Shown: one piece after another, positions 62,401 to 64,000 of the stretch
How positions within the stretch are numbered: position 1 is the stretch's first letter
Layout of the letters: every line of letters begins with the position of its first letter
Source: Poseidonia sp.
GTDB taxonomy: Archaea; Thermoplasmatota; Poseidoniia; Poseidoniales; Poseidoniaceae
Direction: 5' to 3'
Assembly: GCA_040261535.1 (NCBI GenBank)
Contig: JBDQNU010000003.1
Coordinates: forward strand, 42,334-106,333
Length of the DNA stretch: 64,000 nucleotides
Translations under genes and position numbers: made by a program
The notes under the pieces: model-generated
The model's input: the letters and a program-made list of their open reading frames with translations, nothing else
Database searches by the model: none
Told to the model about the DNA's origin: nothing

Positions 62401-63353
62401 GCGTTGAGTTCAATCGCCACCTGCAGGGCTTGAATGGCCTGTCCGAGTTCGGAGGTTTCACCTCCGGTCAATCGGTTGATCTCCGCTTGGAGTTCACCGA
62501 TTTGGTCGTCGAGAACCAACAACGCCTTTTCGGTTTCTTTGTGCTCATCGAGGAGGTTTTGACTTTCGTCAAGGTAGGTTTGGCGCTGGTCGATATGGAA
62601 CTGAAGTTCGTTCTTCAGCGTGGCGTAACGGGATTGGAGCAACATCGCATTGGTCATGGCGATGGCATCGGCTACTTCCTTCGCTTTCTGGGCGACATGT
62701 CGCTCTTTGGCCAGCGTGGACAAGCGCTCAAGTTGTTCCTTTTCGAGCAAGCCGATGCGCTCAAGATAACTTTCCACCATGTCCTTTTGTTTGGAGGCTT
62801 TTCGGATTTCGTCGTCGTACGACGTCACCCCTGCGACGTTGTCCAACACCTTTCGCCGTTCGTTGGCGGTCATCTTGGCAAGGCTCGTCACGTCCCCTTG
62901 CAAGACGATGTTGTATCCGTCAGGGCGGGCGTTGGCGGCGCCCAGCAATCGGTGGAACACTTTCTGTGTGCTGTCTTCACCGTTCAACTGGTACGTTGTC
63001 ACGGGGTTGTTTGAGGCGGTGAGGCGGATGCTGCGCGACATTCGTATTTCTTCGCTGTCGAGCGGAAGGCGACGGCGCCCGCTGGCCATCACGGGATTGG
63101 CGAAGACCAAGGTGACCGAACACTCCCGAGCGGGTTTGGAATTTTTCCCGCCGTTGAAGATGAGGTCGGTGGAATTCTGGGCCCGAATCACCCGGTTGGA
63201 CTTTGGTCCAAGAACAAACTGGATGGCGTCCCCGCAATTCGATTTGCCCGAGCCGTTTGGCCCGGTGATGGCGGTGAAACCACGGTCAAGGGGAACGGTG
63301 ACTTCGCCCTTGAAGGATTTGAAATTCAGCATTTCGAGTGACTTCAGATACAT
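59457..63353 (-). CDS. smc: Chromosome segregation protein SMC
   Basis: NFKSF, GPNGSGKSN, hinge GRATFLPL, LSGGE, FDEVD, long coiled coils. Confidence 0.97.
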   Translation of the reverse strand: MYLKSLEMLNFKSFKGEVTVPLDRGFTAITGPNGSGKSNCGDAIQFVLGPKSNRVIRAQNSTDLIFNGGKNSKPARECSVTLVFANPVMASGRRRLPLDSEEIRMSRSIRLTASNNPVTTYQLNGEDSTQKVFHRLLGAANARPDGYNIVLQGDVTSLAKMTANERRKVLDNVAGVTSYDDEIRKASKQKDMVESYLERIGLLEKEQLERLSTLAKERHVAQKAKEVADAIAMTNAMLLQSRYATLKNELQFHIDQRQTYLDESQNLLDEHKETEKALLVLDDQIGELQAEINRLTGGETSELGQAIQALQVAIELNADRIAEATKEAEEEAEEAIVCDNELNEANAELEAFKANLAAANEALEEALLALKEAQAEEDEVRLALESAGQKNQDLSNALTEAEAQLERHQGHRNQAQSDVDRLAVEADLLSQQLASAQEEEENIRLALGELDIKLERMEEDAPEFDREALAKALLDAQRTEAQLTEDRGRIEVKLREAERALSLAKAEMEQKSGAKGLAGGASAVLAARDRQELTGIIGTIAELCAPKDSTHEVALATAIGAGMASVVVDTDENAAQAIRWLAENKAGRATFLPLNKLSSTRPAGRAVITARKDDVLGFAHEMLDFDPRIEVAVRFALRNTLVVDNMAAARRHMGGIRLVTLRGDVVEAGGAMVGGSKRKMSISFGGRIQGASEVEKYTAQVEQYTLTEQTVNEALREARGRQQDLRNKINSLVDDSHATGVRNLQAEKKQVISTQKRAREVAQGLESKLDDVRRDAQDALRALDAAERTFQHAIETKDDAKAALEAASPEHLRDRLHSANLKRVAATGEQEKAQETLSSGANHQAVLQRRVDDITKRAQTLLDNKEARLERIDELEATLASDRIELKAKKDEQAVYLEENQGLEQERQELTDRRATLRVRNEERLTKAENHRRLAHDLGRVMGEKEAEIQAMAQELIDAGLSLTDLPEHLENVGELERKLRGYQRTMEGFGNVNMMAIEQYDACQARLDLMKDEFAMLQARRKHLIDITEQLESQRKERLLTVLEKVNKNFQKSYDELSDGGRAELFLENPDEPFKGGLELWAQPRGKSSKVSRQQLSGGEQSMAALALIFAIQDYDPSPFYYFDEVDQNLDAYNAERIAKMCQQRSQRAQFIMVTLRKVSLKLADHHIGITHGGDGCSRRILDFDRERAMALGEAALKEAERDVKKNESRIMDAVAAAEDMPQVPDELPVPKSLGGLLPHLSSDEDTDSEPRLEGLLERAQETTEDINERAEIASQLMEVSEGDQAEAEETVEITDE

Positions 63354-63368
63354 CCCTATACCCCAACG

Positions 63369-63421
63369 GGTGGAAGATTCTTCCACCACATTCTGAACAC
63401 CCGTCCCTTACAGGATTTAAA
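63369..63421 (-). promoter_or_regulatory. Putative smc promoter (TTTAAA at 63416-63421) with downstream palindrome
   Basis: TATA-like element about 65 bp upstream of the ATG; GGTGGAAG-att-CTTCCACC at 63369-63387. Confidence 0.45.
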
Positions 63422-63486
63422 CAATGCGAACAATCAAGCCTCAGTCACTCGGTTTTGGACATGGCGTCAGCGACGCCGAACAGCGC

Positions 63487-63999
63487 TCAAAACACGCCGT
63501 GTTCGTTGCAATGTTTGCATCCTGCCCCACGGCAGTACGGGCAGGTCGCCATAACCAATATCTTGCTCCGCCGCCGCTTCATGGCCAAATCCTTGTCACC
63601 GCTAATCAAACGGGACCGATCGGTTCGCTCCAAGTGTTTCTGATTGTGAACGCCCTTGTTGAAGAACGAAAGCCTGAACCGGCCCGCCTTCTCCCGGCGC
63701 CGTTCCAATTTTTCACGCGTCTGAACCACGGCTTCGGCTTCCCAATATTTCGGCCCCCGAATCATCAAAGCCCCAAAGACGGCAAAGAGAATTTGGATCA
63801 CCCAGGGCTCGATCGGCATCGGCGCAAGGTCAGCAAGGCCTTGTGAACTGGCGGAGGTCGGCAGCCAACCCAAGCGGTCGAGAACGGCCAAACCCACCAA
63901 TACGCTCCCCATGACGAAGCCCGCTTTGCGCAATCGCTTTGCCCAAGCCTTGTTCTGCGGCAATTCGAAGCCGTAGACGAACAAAAACAAGCCTTCCAT
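63487..63999 (-). CDS. Membrane protein with C-terminal DnaJ-type Cys-rich zinc finger; probably 5'-truncated by the window
   Basis: TM helices; CPYCRGAGCKHC..HG. Confidence 0.6.
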   Translation of the reverse strand: MEGLFLFVYGFELPQNKAWAKRLRKAGFVMGSVLVGLAVLDRLGWLPTSASSQGLADLAPMPIEPWVIQILFAVFGALMIRGPKYWEAEAVVQTREKLERRREKAGRFRLSFFNKGVHNQKHLERTDRSRLISGDKDLAMKRRRSKILVMATCPYCRGAGCKHCNEHGVF

Positions 64000-64000
64000 G

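Noticed and set aside
61398-63014. Long antisense ORFs (538 aa here; also 500-1657, 5848-6894, 9227-10366, 22458-23699, 25515-26564, 58569-59624)
   Set aside because: They lie fully opposite well-supported genes, have no motifs, and are explained by codon bias leaving the antisense frame stop-poor.
57592-63353. Wadjet/Mks defence system
   Set aside because: Canonical SMC with hinge plus ScpA/ScpB; no JetD Toprim nuclease.

Overview
Housekeeping-rich chromosomal segment of an archaeon, most likely Marine Group II (Poseidoniales, Thermoplasmatota). This is inferred from archaeal information genes (S6e, aIF2-gamma, Dph2, Cdc6, RPA, Hel308, Cgi121), archaeal lipid genes, bacterial-type gyrase and large secreted PKD peptidases. 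About 52 tightly packed CDSs are present; I saw no tRNA, rRNA, CRISPR array or transposase. The window is rich in chromosome-maintenance genes (rpa, hel308, gyrBA, cdc6, smc-scpA-scpB). Highlights: (1) a helically phased, inverted TAACGC/GCGTTA repeat array (56114-56220) directly upstream of an AAA+/winged-helix gene with degenerate Walker motifs, about 1.4 kb from smc-scpAB; (2) a minimal TadA plus two GspF-family operon led by a small protein resembling phage tail-tube-initiator/DNA_circ_N proteins, flanked by RPA and a triple-SAP protein; (3) several apparent pseudo-enzymes or repurposed folds (HemC-like without the cofactor Cys, GcvH-like without the lipoyl Lys, lid-less SerK-like ParB/Srx protein, membrane-anchored Smr domain); (4) a bacterial-type class II CCA-adding enzyme. 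All calls come from visual motif recognition; no database searches were run.
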